A DNA stretch of 63,781 nucleotides, the filler included, from Phoronis australis (taxonomy: Eukaryota > Animalia > Phoronida), in assembly GCA_002633005.1 (NCBI GenBank). It is 6 parts of 6 records of this genome, joined end to end, with 100 filler letters (N's around TTAATTAATTAA, not from the genome) between each part and the next. Parts side by side here need not be neighbours in the genome. Positions count along the whole stretch, not along the records: positions 2,877 to 33,401 come from NMRA01000938.1; positions 33,502 to 38,944 come from NMRA01002336.1; 4 more parts are not named here. The stretch is one strand, 5' to 3'. Position 1 is the first letter of the stretch. Each line of letters starts with the position of its first letter. The notes under the pieces were generated by a model that saw only the letters and a list, made by a program, of their open reading frames with translations, had not been told where the DNA came from and searched no databases. This document shows, piece after piece, positions 26,701-38,603 of the stretch. The translations under genes and the position numbers were made by a program.

Positions 26701-27333
26701 GATGCTTGTCGGCAGCAATCGTTGTGTTGAAATGACGTAACCGCCAGTCAGTTTCGACTTTACATGAACAGTTATCACCAGGCAATTTGTGTCTTATATT
26801 GTTGATCTAAAGTAGCTCAACCTATTAGTTAGTTCTAGATTGTTATGAGACCTGTGCCATCTGAGATATCAGGGGACTAACTTAGCCAATTTTGAAAATT
26901 TCAAAAATCCCTAAAATTACTCATCTCAAGCGCCTTTAAAAATAGATAAAAATATAGAAATCTGTTTTACTTGCATGAAGAAAGTAGTCGAATGTCACAC
27001 CTGATAAGTAGCACAGATTCCATATTACTCCTACTGCCCCACCTAATTCTGGAAATTTTGCTAAACTTTACTGCCACTTGGCTCAAAACTGCATAAAACA
27101 AAAAGTATGCATGGTAACCAAAAGAAAGCGTCTTGAAAAAACTAAGACTTTCTGGAATTAGGAGAGTTAGGCTCATCACAGAGAGAACATGAAGAGAATA
27201 TGCGGCATAGTGTACATCACTCTCTGCATGGTCCAAACAATAAAGACATAAAATAAAAAAAAACAAGTTGATAACATGAACAATGCAGTAATTAGCTAAA
27301 ATATTTATAATTGAAGAAGTCAAAAAATATAAC

Positions 27334-27654
27334 CTGGAGTGAATCCTGATAAGAGGATGAGTTTCTTCTGGTTTCCTCCACAAAAGGCAGTCCTGTCACC
27401 ACTGCACTCTCCATTACAGCCCAGCATAAAAACTTTTTTACTCACGTCGTAGTGATTGGTGCACATACACGTGTCGCCACCTTGCATAGCAGCATACATA
27501 AACCAGTGATTCTTGCATAAATTCTTGCAAAATCTCGGGGAATTTTCAACACTCTTTAAAGCGGAATGATCATATAACTGTTTGGATTCGAAGCACCCTA
27601 TAGTTCCCGGAATTCCTTTCTTCATTCCTTCAAAATCAAAGCCGAAATAAGACC
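27334..27654 (-). CDS. WSC-domain exon, phase 1-1 (or read through to a stop at 27320)
   Basis: GCFESK...NSPRFCKNLC...MYAAMQGGDTCMCTN...GCNGECSGDRTAFCGG. Acceptor tttgtttcag|, weaker donor CAG|gttata. 321 nt. Confidence 0.82.
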
Positions 27655-28242
27655 CTGAAACAAAGGCGAATATTTATGAATTAATACCAGAACGTAAGTC
27701 AAGTTGTGACAAACCAAATGTTATGATGTGAGACTTTAACACAATCGATTTCACTAAACATCAAAACTTAACATAAATTTACTTTTCGCGAGCGACGTGT
27801 GCGACACGAATTACCTGCTTAGTAAATATAGCCACTGAAAAGGTATACTGTTTAAATTGTAATTGAAAATTGGTTTGCGAAAATGTATACGAAGTGAACA
27901 TACTGGGAAATTTTCAATATTATTATTCGGATAAAAAGACGTCTTTCCTACTTACATGAACGAATATTCGATCAAAAAACAATAAATTCTTATTAAAAAC
28001 AACATTTTTGGATAAATCGCCAAATAACTGCAACCGGTGTGTCTTCATGCAGGTTGCCGAAATTGCGACGACTTCCTGTATCCACACGCAATAAGACCAA
28101 ATTGTATGGACGAAACTGATTATTTTGAGGCGCAAATGTTGGAGGAAGCAACTCAGTAAATATGACAAAAAGTTCACCCAGATTCCTAAGAGTTTGGACT
28201 AAGTTCATGATATTTTGACAAATACTGTATGGCTATTAAAAC

Positions 28243-28316
28243 AGATTGTTCTAATACCCCTCGACCCCTAAACCCCAAGCCCCGTCAGCCTGCGACCCCC
28301 TCGACCCACGACCCAC
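28243..28316 (+). repeat. CGACCC-headed dispersed repeat, copy E (head, abutting the LINE)
   Basis: GATTGTTCTAATACCCCTCGACCCC...TCGACCCACGACCCAC. Confidence 0.65.
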
Positions 28317-30529
28317 ATTGTTTCAAATTGATACTTACTCTTGTGTTTCCCAGGGTAAAAAAGGTTGTGGCCATGGTGGCCTTATTATTTACATCCACAA
28401 TTCATTGGAGTATAAAACCTCCAAAATTAAAAGTGATTCTACAGTTTTTGAGTCACTATTTGTGACCTTAGTTGGGACTATTCATAGGAAAAATGCTATT
28501 GTTGGCAATATTTATAAACCTCCTAAAGAAAATGACAATTTAAACATACGGAAATTTCTAGATGATTTTAATCCATTGGCTTATAAACTTGGGCAAACCA
28601 ACTCTGTCATGTTCGCATGTGATTTTAATATCAAAATCTTAAAAGTGGATGAGAGGCCCTTGTTTGGAGAATTCTACAACACTGTGTCATTAAATGGTTT
28701 TACTCCAACCATTACCTTTCCCACTCGTTTCTCTGAGTTTTCTGCTTCTCTTATTGACAACATTTTCTACAAATTTAATAGCTGTTGTAACATTGATCCA
28801 GTTTCCGGGACCTATTTTTCTAATATCTCTGATCATTTACCTATTTTCTCTTGTTTTAAGAGAACATTAAAAAGGTAAGAGGTCCCAAATTTGCTTACAG
28901 AAATGTCATTAATGACGATTGTTTGAAAAGGGTGTATGGTGAATTTTCGTCATACAATGTACTTTCTCACATGGATACAAATTTAAATGGTGATTCCAAT
29001 ATGAATTACAATTTACTTCAGGACTCTGTTCTTGCTTGTTTAAATAAGTTCAATACAGTAAGAAATGTAATATTCAATAAATATAAGCACAAAAAGAATA
29101 TTTGGATCTCCCAAGGTATTTTAAACTCTCTTAGGCTTAGAGACAGGCTTTATAAACGACTCAAGTCAGCCCCTCAAAGCGCTATTAATTATGTCTCATT
29201 AAAAAGAAACCTAAAAACCTATAACATTATTCTAAAAAAAGTTTTGAAAAGGGCTAAGAGACTTTATTATCACAATCAGTTTCGGGCACATGCTGGTTCT
29301 CCCAAGGACACTTGGAAAGAAATTGATAATTTACTGAATAGAAATGTCTTATCGAATAATCCTACTAGATTGAAGATAAATTATGAAATAGTTTGTGACG
29401 AGGTTGAGATTGTTAATCATTCTAATAATTATTTTAGTAATATTGCCTCACACTCCCTACCTATTCATTCTTCAAGTATCCCACACATGTCTTTTTTAGA
29501 TCGTGACTCCTCTGCTACATGCAGATTTGATTTTGAACCAATTTCTCCAATTGATATTAGAAAAGTGATTAATTCTTTTCCAGCTAAACCTACTTGTGGT
29601 CATGATGGCAAATAATAAAATATCTAAATAATATATTGATTGAACCATTGTGTGTTGTGTATAACCAGTCCATTTTCGATCAAATTTTTAAAGGCAACAT
29701 GAAAATTACCAAGGTTATTACTGTACTTAAAAAGGGGACCCGTTCTTTTAGATAATTACAGGCCTATCTCTGTTCTTCCTGGCTTTTCTAAGATTGTTGA
29801 AAAACTTATTTATAATCAACATTACGAATATTTTCAATCTAATGGCTTGCTACATCCTGCCCAATATGGTTTTCGTGGGGGCACTCAGCAGAACTGGCTT
29901 TAGTTGAAATTAAGGGCAGAATTGTCAAGGCTATGGAAAATAATTAATTACCCATGGCCATTCTTATTGATCTTTCCAAAGCTTTTGACTCTTTAAGTCA
30001 TTCAATTTTGCTTGAAAAACGTTTAAATTATGGTTGTAACCCCTTGTCTTTAAGTTTCTTGAGAAACTATTTCTCTAATCGGGCTCAGTATGTTCAAATT
30101 AACAACACAAAATCTAACACAGTTCCAATTCTACGAGGTATCCCACAGGGGTCTATATTGGGTCCGTTATTATTCATCATTTATATGAATGATTTTGTGA
30201 AGCGCGAAAGTTTCTTTGACTGTGTACTCTATGCTAATGATACTACTATTATTAATGGTATTCATAGCACGTTGTCTGTTAATGAGTCACGCATGTTTTG
30301 TGCGGAGCTGGAGAAAATTCAGTCTTGGTTAAATGTAAATGGACTGGTTTTAAAAGCAAATAAAACGAAATTCATGGTTTTTCATAAACCCACAAAACGT
30401 ATTGATGATTTTTATTTAAAGTTTAATAATTTGGAAATTTAAAGAATTCGTTATTTCAATTTACTTGGTGTTACCATCAACGAAAACTTGTTATGGAGTC
30501 CACACATAAACAATTTGTTGAGAAAGATA
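28317..30529 (+). mobile_element. Decayed non-LTR retrotransposon ORF2 (APE endonuclease plus RT), CR1/L2 group
   Basis: Endonuclease motifs GGLIIYIH, NIYKPP, DFN, PTR...LIDNIF, SDHLPIF. RT motifs NYRPISVLP, QYGFR, IDLSKAFD, GIPQGSILGPLLFIIYMND, with YADD mutated to YAND. Several frameshifts; ends at the single n at 30530. Confidence 0.93.
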
Positions 30530-31778
30530 NAGTGCACTATTCCCAACTGCTTTGTATGTAACTATTTTCGATAATCTCTCCCAGTCTTTACACAAGTAGT
30601 TTTAAAATACATCATCACCTAATTTTATTTTTATAGTTCTGCTTATCTGTAACGCTGTATTTTTTCTTTCTTATTCTCTGGTGGCTCTGTGGTCAGCGGA
30701 CCTCTCGGGTCCTTCACGGAGTCTCCATAAGCGAAAATCTGTATCAACTGTATTTTTTGGTTTTTGACTTAAAGTGAATAGAGTGTATTACTACTCTAAT
30801 TGTCTTCAGTGTTCACCAAAAGTTGTAACAGACTTTTGAGACTTGTATCTGCTATTGTAACTCCGAGACGATCCCAGAAACGTTATTAGTTTTCAGACAT
30901 CTTCCCACCTACGGAACGTCTCTACAAAACGTAGTTATTATAAATAGTACTTCACTAATTCAACCAAGAAACAGTCTGATATACAATGTATGTGAGCGTC
31001 CCGGACTACTGGCTCGTTACTTTACAATTATATGGGAAGTTTGTCTTAAATATTACAAAAAGTCTGTGGTCGTTTCGACATTAGATTAACACACAAACCA
31101 ATTAAAACTTTGAGACAACTTTGGGTGAACCCTATAGAACAGAATGAGGCAAATTAGCATCAAAATTGTAGTTCATGTTATTCATTGTGAAGGAGAACAG
31201 TTTGTCCAGTGCCGAGTGGGCTAGGTTGTTTAATCTCCCAAGGAACGCTACATCCCACAAGAACAGTTGCAGAACAGGTGTGCTGTGAACCACAATTTAA
31301 CATGGATTGGGACTTTAGTTTGACAACGAAAATGTTGAGATCCTGTTCGGGAAAATTCCAGGAGCCTATTGACAGTCAAGCTCTACGACCTCTCCTTAAC
31401 AAGCTATGTTACACCGGATATATTGTGTTTGACATGGAAAAAGACCATAAGCAGCCTCACAAGTAACAGTTCGCGCCACCAAGATGATACGACAGCAGAT
31501 GATGAGAAGTCTTTAAGTGCATGTACTAAGAATTCAGTTCAGCATATTTGTCAAAATAACTCGACTAATCAAATTTTGATATGAACCCCACAGATATTCT
31601 ATTGTTTTCCAGAGTCTTTCGGGCTCCGACTTTAGTATCCTCACGCCTCGGATGTTAAAGATACGCAGCTATATAAAGTTATTGAAGGGTGTCCTACTTT
31701 TCCTGTGGATGGTAATGTATCTTTATCCGGGAGTTAACACATAACCTAAGATCAGAGGAGTTTCTATGAGCGCGGATA

Positions 31779-32040
31779 GGATTGTTATGAAACCCCCTAG
31801 ACCTCATACCTAGTGAACCCTTACTTTACGGCCAAGTGAACCCACGACCCACGGCCCCCCCAGACGGGAGACTCCTTAACCCCTTGGCCCAGTCAACGCC
31901 AACTTATACTCGATCTGAACATAAATCAAGCGCTGACTTGCAGGACCAATGACTCGGGCCGTAAGACAGGCTGACTTTTCCCAGACTTATTACCAATTAA
32001 GAGTGTCTACTCGGCAAGTTTGAAAGCCAAAAAAATAAAG
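31779..32040 (+). repeat. CGACCC-headed dispersed repeat, copy F
   Basis: GGATTGTTATGAAACCCC head. Body CGATCTGAAC...GCTGACTTGCAGG...AAGTTTGAAAGCCAAAAA matches copies B, C and D. Confidence 0.65.
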
Positions 32041-33401
32041 AAAAAACATTCTTTTACAAAAATGAACTTCAGTTTTTAGCGAAGAACGGAAATTTTTCGT
32101 CTGAACAACTTAAGTTTTTAATCAGAAAAACTGAAGTTTTGGCTAAAAGTTAAGTATTTTGGAACAAGTTATATGGAACAAATTTATTTTTTTTCAGATT
32201 AATACTGTTATTTTGCTCTCGCATTATAATAACACGTCACCTAAAACAATACGGTATACATCATTTACAAAGAATAATATTAAATCACTACGCAAAAAGT
32301 ACCGTATTTTCTTCAGGATGTAATTTTAAAAAGTTCACGAATATTTGGAAATTGAGATTTTTTAAACAATTTTTGGCTAAATATGCAACTGTTTGCTACA
32401 ATGATTAAAACATTTAATGATACAATTTTCCGACTGAGTGTTTCCCCCCAAAATAAAAAACAGAAACAATTTTAATTTAGTCCACATGAAAACTTACATG
32501 ATACATGTGTTTTAAACAGGAGCCAGAAACCGGAGAAAATTTCACTGTGTTCACCACAGAAAAAGCAAAAATAGTTTGTTTTTATTTTAATTCTTGCAAA
32601 TAATTGTTGGTTGGCAACATTCTGTGAATTAAGTGGCATTGATCTTTGAAATTCAAAAAAACTTAAGTTTTGTTATGAACTCAAGTTATCAAAAATAATT
32701 TAACGTTATTTTTTATGAAAACATAAGTTTTATATTTGAAAAAATAACTTAAGCTATTCTGAAAAAATTAAGAATGTGCCGAAAAGGTTAAGTCTTCTTT
32801 TAAAATCTTAAGTTTTCCATCAATGTCGTTCCGGGAAACGTGTAATCGTCTCGTCTGTTCTTCAGTAAAGGGCAGATTCATGATTTTGGGAGAGTACGAG
32901 GAACTGACAACTATGAAAGTTCTTCAGTAAATACAGAGGTAAAAACAAGATGTTAACTAAAGAGCATATCTGTCAGAATAAATATTGATTAAGTAATTAG
33001 TAAGAATAGATCCATTTTAAGTTGCCCAAAATTTGTGCATATGTACTTTTAAATCATGGGGTCAGACTTGTTGACATGTATTTTAACGTCAAAATCTATT
33101 TTTAGATGGTGTTTACAACTTTGGGTTCTGGGGTCAAAGTACTTTAGAGATTCTAGAATGTTCTGAGAACAAAATGTAACAGCCAATAATATGAGTGGAT
33201 ATGATCATGTGGTTTTTATTAGCCAATCAGTAAATAAGTAGAATGTTATATTATGGGCTGAAATCAGCAAGATAATCAGATGCGCTATAGTAGTTGAAGC
33301 ATAAGGACTTGCTACGGTGTACAGCAGCAGTTGTACGACAGAGCCATCTCGTGGAAGATTCTAGAGAGGATCTTGGCAAGGGCAAGGGTTAACGAACCGG
33401 A

Positions 33402-33501
33402 NNNNNNNNNNNNNNNNNNNNNNNNNNNNNNNNNNNNNNNNNNNNTTAATTAATTAANNNNNNNNNNNNNNNNNNNNNNNNNNNNNNNNNNNNNNNNNNN
33501 N
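33402..33501. other. Artificial contig spacer
   Basis: 44N-TTAATTAATTAA-44N. Confidence 0.97.
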
Positions 33502-33635
33502 GTCGTGTGGGTCAGCCATCCCCTGAGTTCCTGTCTCTACAACAGGAGCTGGCTGTGGCCAGGGAGAGGTGTAAACAGGCAGACATTGAACTGCAACATA
33601 GGGACCAGCAGCATGAAGTGCGACTCAGGCAGGAG
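33502..33635 (+). CDS. OFD1: OFD1-like centriolar coiled-coil protein, internal exon a (5' end at the gap)
   Basis: VGQPSPEFLSLQQELAVARE...RLRQE|gtactc, phase 0. Resembles vertebrate OFD1 QPAPELAVFQKEL...LQDE as recalled. Confidence 0.75.
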
Positions 33636-34014
33636 GTACTCTACCCTTTAAAGTTGCTGCTCTCAAGTTTGACAAATAATATGATTACAATTCTACGAAA
33701 CCGAGTTTCTTGTATTTTATACACTGAAATGAATCATGTTTCTAAGATTCGGTTACAAAAATTGCATGACCTTGCATTTTCTAACAAAAGTGGTGGAAAA
33801 TCTATTAAATCACTGTGCCCAGAAATGTTTGTAATATAATTGCTTATTCATTGAGGGGAAAATAGACCCGTTTTGTTTTGAAAAACTCAAAACTCTGTAA
33901 AAAAAATTAGTAAAATCTTGTCCAAATTTTAATTTGAAACAATTCAAAACCATGATTCTAATATGGCAAAAAAACCCAAAGATTCAGGAACTTGAATTGT
34001 CAAATTTTAGGTTT

Positions 34015-35451
34015 TTATGCGCCCACATATTTATATGTGGACGCATTATGCTGTCATCTCTGTCCGTCCGTCCGTCCGTCCGTCCGGGCGGCGTCCGGCG
34101 TCCGCTGCTCTATCTCCAAAACCCTTTGACATACGTTCATGAAATTTGGCACATATGTTCCATTCATGAATGGGACGGCATGTGCGAACTTTTGGACGGA
34201 TCCGACTACCGGTGTGCCCCCTAGTGGNCCAAACCGCTCAAAGGATGATTGTGAAAATTGGCATGTATATGCTTACTATGTAGGGGACGGTTGACGATGA
34301 TTTTCCGACGATTTCGGCTACTGTGGCGCCTCCTAGTGGCAGTTTTGTTTTTTTTGCGCCTATGGCTGTATCTCCTAAACCATTCTCAGGATCTTCACGA
34401 AATTGTGTAAGTGTATTTATATGATGTTAAAAACGGAAGATGACGACTTTTGGATGGATCCGCCTACCAGTGTGTCCCCTAGTGGCAATTTTATTTTTTT
34501 ACGTTTACAAGTCCTTAACGGATTTTCACGAAATTTGGTTTGTAGGCACCTATTAAGGCGATGATGCTATCCTCACGTTTTCGGATGGATTCGACCCAGT
34601 TTGCGACACCCAGTGGCCATTTTTACTGTTTTTGAGTCTGTTTTTTGGCTTCCACCCCTCTATCAACCAAACCACTATAAGTATGATTGTGAAAATTGGC
34701 ATGTATGTTCTTACTATGAAGAGGACAGTTGACGCTGAATTTCTCATGACTTTGATTACTGTGGCGCCTCCTAGTGGCAGTTTTTTTTGTGCCCATGGCT
34801 GTATCTCCCAAACCGTTTGCAGGATCTTTACTAAATTTAGCAAGTGTATTTATGTGATGTTGACAACGGACGATGACGACTTTAGGATGATTCTGACTAC
34901 CGGTATGTCTCTAGTGGCAATTTAAGTATTTTACAGTGACCTCTGTATTTTCATAGGTCTTCAGGTGTATACTTTGTGTTACTTCGTGACTATGAAGGAA
35001 AAGTTCCAAGTAGAAATTTGTTTCTGGCATTCTAACGCTGTACTAATCTCGTATGTTGGTAAATTTGTTTTTAATTCTATGTTTCTGTTGTGCTTTAAGC
35101 AACTGATGTATAGGATGTGCTTGTATTATGAAGATCACTCACATTTNTCCAAGTAGAAATTTGTTTCTGGCATTCTAATGCTGTGCTCGTATGTTGGTAA
35201 ATTTGTTTTTAATTCTTTCTGTGATGCTTTAAGCAACTGGTGTATAGGATGTGCTTGTATTATGAAGATTACTCACATTTTGCCCCTAGCCTATTGAGGA
35301 GACAATGACCATGCCTTTCCATTTTGCAAAGTACAACATACTACATATATGCCCTCTACTGGCCACTTTATGGTACCAATAAACAACCCTAGAAGGATAC
35401 CGTATGCGGTGCAATTGTGGGCGCATTTCAACGCTCTGCGTTGCTCTTGTT
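34015..35451 (+). mobile_element. HINE (Helentron-associated non-autonomous element) with both ends, in an OFD1 intron
   Basis: 5' subTIR ATGCGCCCACA with inverted partner TGTGGACGCAT, (GTCC)n microsatellite, tandem CTAGTGGC units, 3' subTIR TGTGGGCGCAT plus hairpin, T-rich flanks. Confidence 0.85.
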
Positions 35452-35852
35452 TATTTTGTTTGCACTCTATATTTATTCACGATCTGACTTCACCAAGACT
35501 GATTAATTTTAAAGTGCCTTTGAATTACATTCTTAATGTTTTGATATGTAACCACTCGCTATGGTTTTAGCACTGAGTATGACAAAAAAATTTTTGATAA
35601 AAAATTGTTTGTGCACGGATGCATTAGAAATTTTTTGCTCAGCAGTCTCGGATACTACTTGAAAGAGTTGTTGTTGAATTCTGTTATAACATGCTTTGAC
35701 TGACTCTTGGCAATCTCCAGTTTTCGAAGATTACTCCAATCCAATAAAATATGCTGTTCTGCATTATTCTAGGAACTTGGTTTTTGTCAGGACTGACTAC
35801 AAAATGACAAGCTCTCATGTTATTGGTTACAATAGTTTGTATGTATTTGCAG

Positions 35853-35964
35853 GTTGATCGCAACGAAGAGCTGAAAAAGGCTCTTGAAGAACAGGCTCTT
35901 CAGATGAAGGAGATGAATAATGAGAACGTAGACTTGAGAGAACAGCTTCTGCAGACACAAAACG
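35853..35964 (+). CDS. OFD1: OFD1-like exon b
   Basis: tttgcag|VDRNEELKKALEEQALQMKEMNNENVDLREQLLQTQN|gtgagt, phase 0 to 1. Compare OFD1 DLKLQLKQTQT. Confidence 0.8.
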
Positions 35965-36299
35965 GTGAGTTAAGAGATATGAGGAGTAATTTTCGCCGAA
36001 GTCTTTATGTTGACTTTCAGATTCAAATAAGGCTTAGAATCGAACTAGATAAACATGGCTCCGTCTAGTCAAAAACTCGGGAAACAACAACACAACTAGA
36101 TTGGAAGCTATAGTAAAGCTGTAAATTTGACTTAGATTGTTGGAATGAGGCATATGACTTAACACTCCACATTGATCTCTCAGTTGGGAAAAGGAAGCAA
36201 CGTCACTGTGAAAAAAGATGTTATTTTTGATGAGTGTATTATTGTACGGATGAAAATTGGTTGTCAAGGATTTTGATGACATATTTTTTTTCTAAATAG

Positions 36300-36357
36300 C
36301 ATTACGGAATGAAGTTTACCGAAAACCGAGGAATGACAAGCCCAGTAGTTCTGTAAG
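36300..36357 (+). CDS. OFD1: OFD1-like exon c (58 nt; absent from the ORF track)
   Basis: ttttttttctaaatag|(A)LRNEVYRKPRNDKPSSSV(R)|gtaatt, phase 1 to 2, bridging exons b and d. Compare OFD1 ALENEVY. Confidence 0.8.
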
Positions 36358-36892
36358 GTAATTTGAAATGAAGGTATTTGAAATAAAGGTATTTGAAATG
36401 AAGGTACTATGAAGTGATGGTGTTTGAAATTAAGGTATTTGAAATGATGGTATATGAAATGAAGGTAAATGAAATGACGGTGTTTGAAATGAAGATGTTT
36501 GAAATGAAGGTGTTTGAAATGAAGGTTTTTGAAGTGAAGGTATATGAAATGAATGTGTTTGAAATGAAGGTTTTTTGTAATGAACGTATATGAAATGAAA
36601 GTATATGAAATGAAAGTATATGAAATGAAGGTGTTTGAAATAAAGGTTTTTTGGAATGAAGGTTCATGAAATGAAGGTGTTTGAAATGAAAGTATATGAA
36701 ATGAAGGTGTTCGAAATGATGGTGTTTGAAATGAGGGTGTTTGAAATGAGGGTGTTTGAAATGAGGGTGTTTGAAATGAAGGTGTTTCAAATGAAGGTAT
36801 TTGAAATGAGGGTGTTTGAAATGAAAGTATATGAAAGGAGGGTGTTTGAAATGAAGGTCTTTGAAATGAAGGTGTTTGAAATGAAGGTATTT
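36355..36892 (+). repeat. 15-bp minisatellite (AAGGTGTTTGAAATG)n, about 36 units
   Basis: Direct tandem array. It produces the spurious MKVFE and FKHPH/TFISN repeat ORFs. Confidence 0.95.
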
Positions 36893-37103
36893 TAAACTAT
36901 GACCATGGGATCTTGTCTATTTCCTAAAATTTGTAGATTTTTGTTTCAACAAAAGACACGCAAATGTTGTGACGTTTTCTCCATAGTCTCGCTTACCAAT
37001 CATCTTCATAGACCTGTGTGCCAGCAAATAAATATTTAAGATTCATCTGTCAATTAAAAAAGAAGTTCTTGTTTAACGTAGTTTTTTTACTTGTTATCGA
37101 AAG

Positions 37104-37336
37104 GCAAGATTCTTATGGGTTTGCCAATGGCCAGTTTGATGCGGTTCGACCATCTAGTGTGCCAATGCGTGACCTCACAGCCCTACGAGACCGACCCCTG
37201 CTCAGTTCTGGTCAACTAGCTGCGTTCTCAGACTACCCACGGACACCCAATCGTCCACAATTGCTGGGTGATACACCTGTCAGGCTGACAGAGGGCGCTG
37301 GTGGTGATATCAATGAGCTTTTGTGGGACAGCTATG
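37104..37336 (+). CDS. OFD1: OFD1-like exon d (low-complexity linker)
   Basis: ttgttatcgaaag|...QDSYGFANGQ...ELLWDSY|gtaatt, phase 2 to 1, stop-free. Confidence 0.7.
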
Positions 37337-37898
37337 GTAATTAAAGTTCCAAAAATCCATTGACATGCATACAGTAGCTAATTCAGACCTTGAAATACCT
37401 GTTGTCTCCTGCTTTACCTAACAGTATGGATATTTCTGTTAAGGCCTGGTATTTGCTTGTACTTTATTCTGTCAGCTCTGTCACCAAAGAAAATGGCGAC
37501 TTTGATGCATAAAGCTTGCCAAAATAGAATAAAAATATGAAGCTGTACTAATCTCATCACTAAAGTTTCACCTCACGCATTTGTTCTGAAAGTATCTAAC
37601 CGTGTCATAAAATTAAATCACAGACAAAATTCTCTTAAAATTTGCGATATTAACAGAATTCTCTTAAAAGTTGCTTAAAAAATATAACACAAGGTGGAAG
37701 ATGTGTTTCTATTGTCTTTGAGTAGAGTATTGCTGGCTTGCTTTGCACCCCCAAGAGGTGATGCACACCGTGGGCACACGTCAATGCTCTGCATTGATCT
37801 TAATGTGCTATTAAACTGTTGTGAACAATTTTCAGTAGAATCTCATAAACACAAACCGTTTAACGGTGTTGTAATGACAAATGTCAACTGTACTGTAG

Positions 37899-37996
37899 GC
37901 ACCCATCTACGCTGTGGCTCCGATTCATCTCAGGGAGACGATGAACTAGTGCAGGACGCTAAACACCGTCTTCGCATGTTAGAAGCAGAAGCTGAG
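37899..37996 (+). CDS. OFD1: OFD1-like exon e
   Basis: tactgtag|GTHLRCGSDSSQGDDELVQDAKHRLRMLEAEAE|gtgggt, phase 1 to 0. Compare OFD1 [20 protein letters not shown]. Confidence 0.78.
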
Positions 37997-38603
37997 GTGG
38001 GTACAAAAGTGGCGTACGCTCAATAATAACAGTCACTTGGAGCTGGAAATCTTGGTTTGCGCAACAGTGAATAGTGACTATTCTGAATGTTGTCTCCCAC
38101 AATTCAAGTTTCTTGGGTAGTCGTTCAGTTGCTTTAAGGGACAGACGTTTTGCTAGTGTGCACTAGCACAGAATAAAGCTTGCAAACTGCTAGTGACATC
38201 TTGTGTTACACAAGTGTAACACAAGATGTTTTTAGAGATCTCGTGAAACTCGGGACACTGATTACCTTTGGTTGAGTGACACTGTAGTTTTTAAATATAA
38301 TAATAGTATAATTATTTTTTGATAATGTCATGGAGATCAAGTAAGCTGAAGCAGTTGCTTTTCCTGTGTGTTCTTAGTAAAAGTTGTTGAAATAATCGGT
38401 TAAGTACCTCAAATAGCGATGACCACTGCATTGTATGATGAGAAAGTAATCAAGAAAGAAATAACAAATATTAAAAGCTTTTACAATATTTATATTTTCA
38501 CCACAAAATAATCCTGGTTATTTACACACACACGCATAAGTACATTTAAAATTGTTCTTAGTGAGTCACACTGTTCATGAATTGTTTGTCCCTGCGTAAC
38601 ACG

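Noticed and set aside
35004-35280. Tandem duplication of about 140 nt inside the HINE
   Set aside because: The two copies meet at a single n (35147) and the copy at 1-897 has only one. Probably an assembly overlap artefact.
36407-36895. ORFs with FKHPH/TFISN and MKVFE repeats that look like His-rich or repeat proteins, or a CRISPR-like array
   Set aside because: They are translations of a 15-bp intronic minisatellite. The units are contiguous with no unique spacers, and there are no cas genes.
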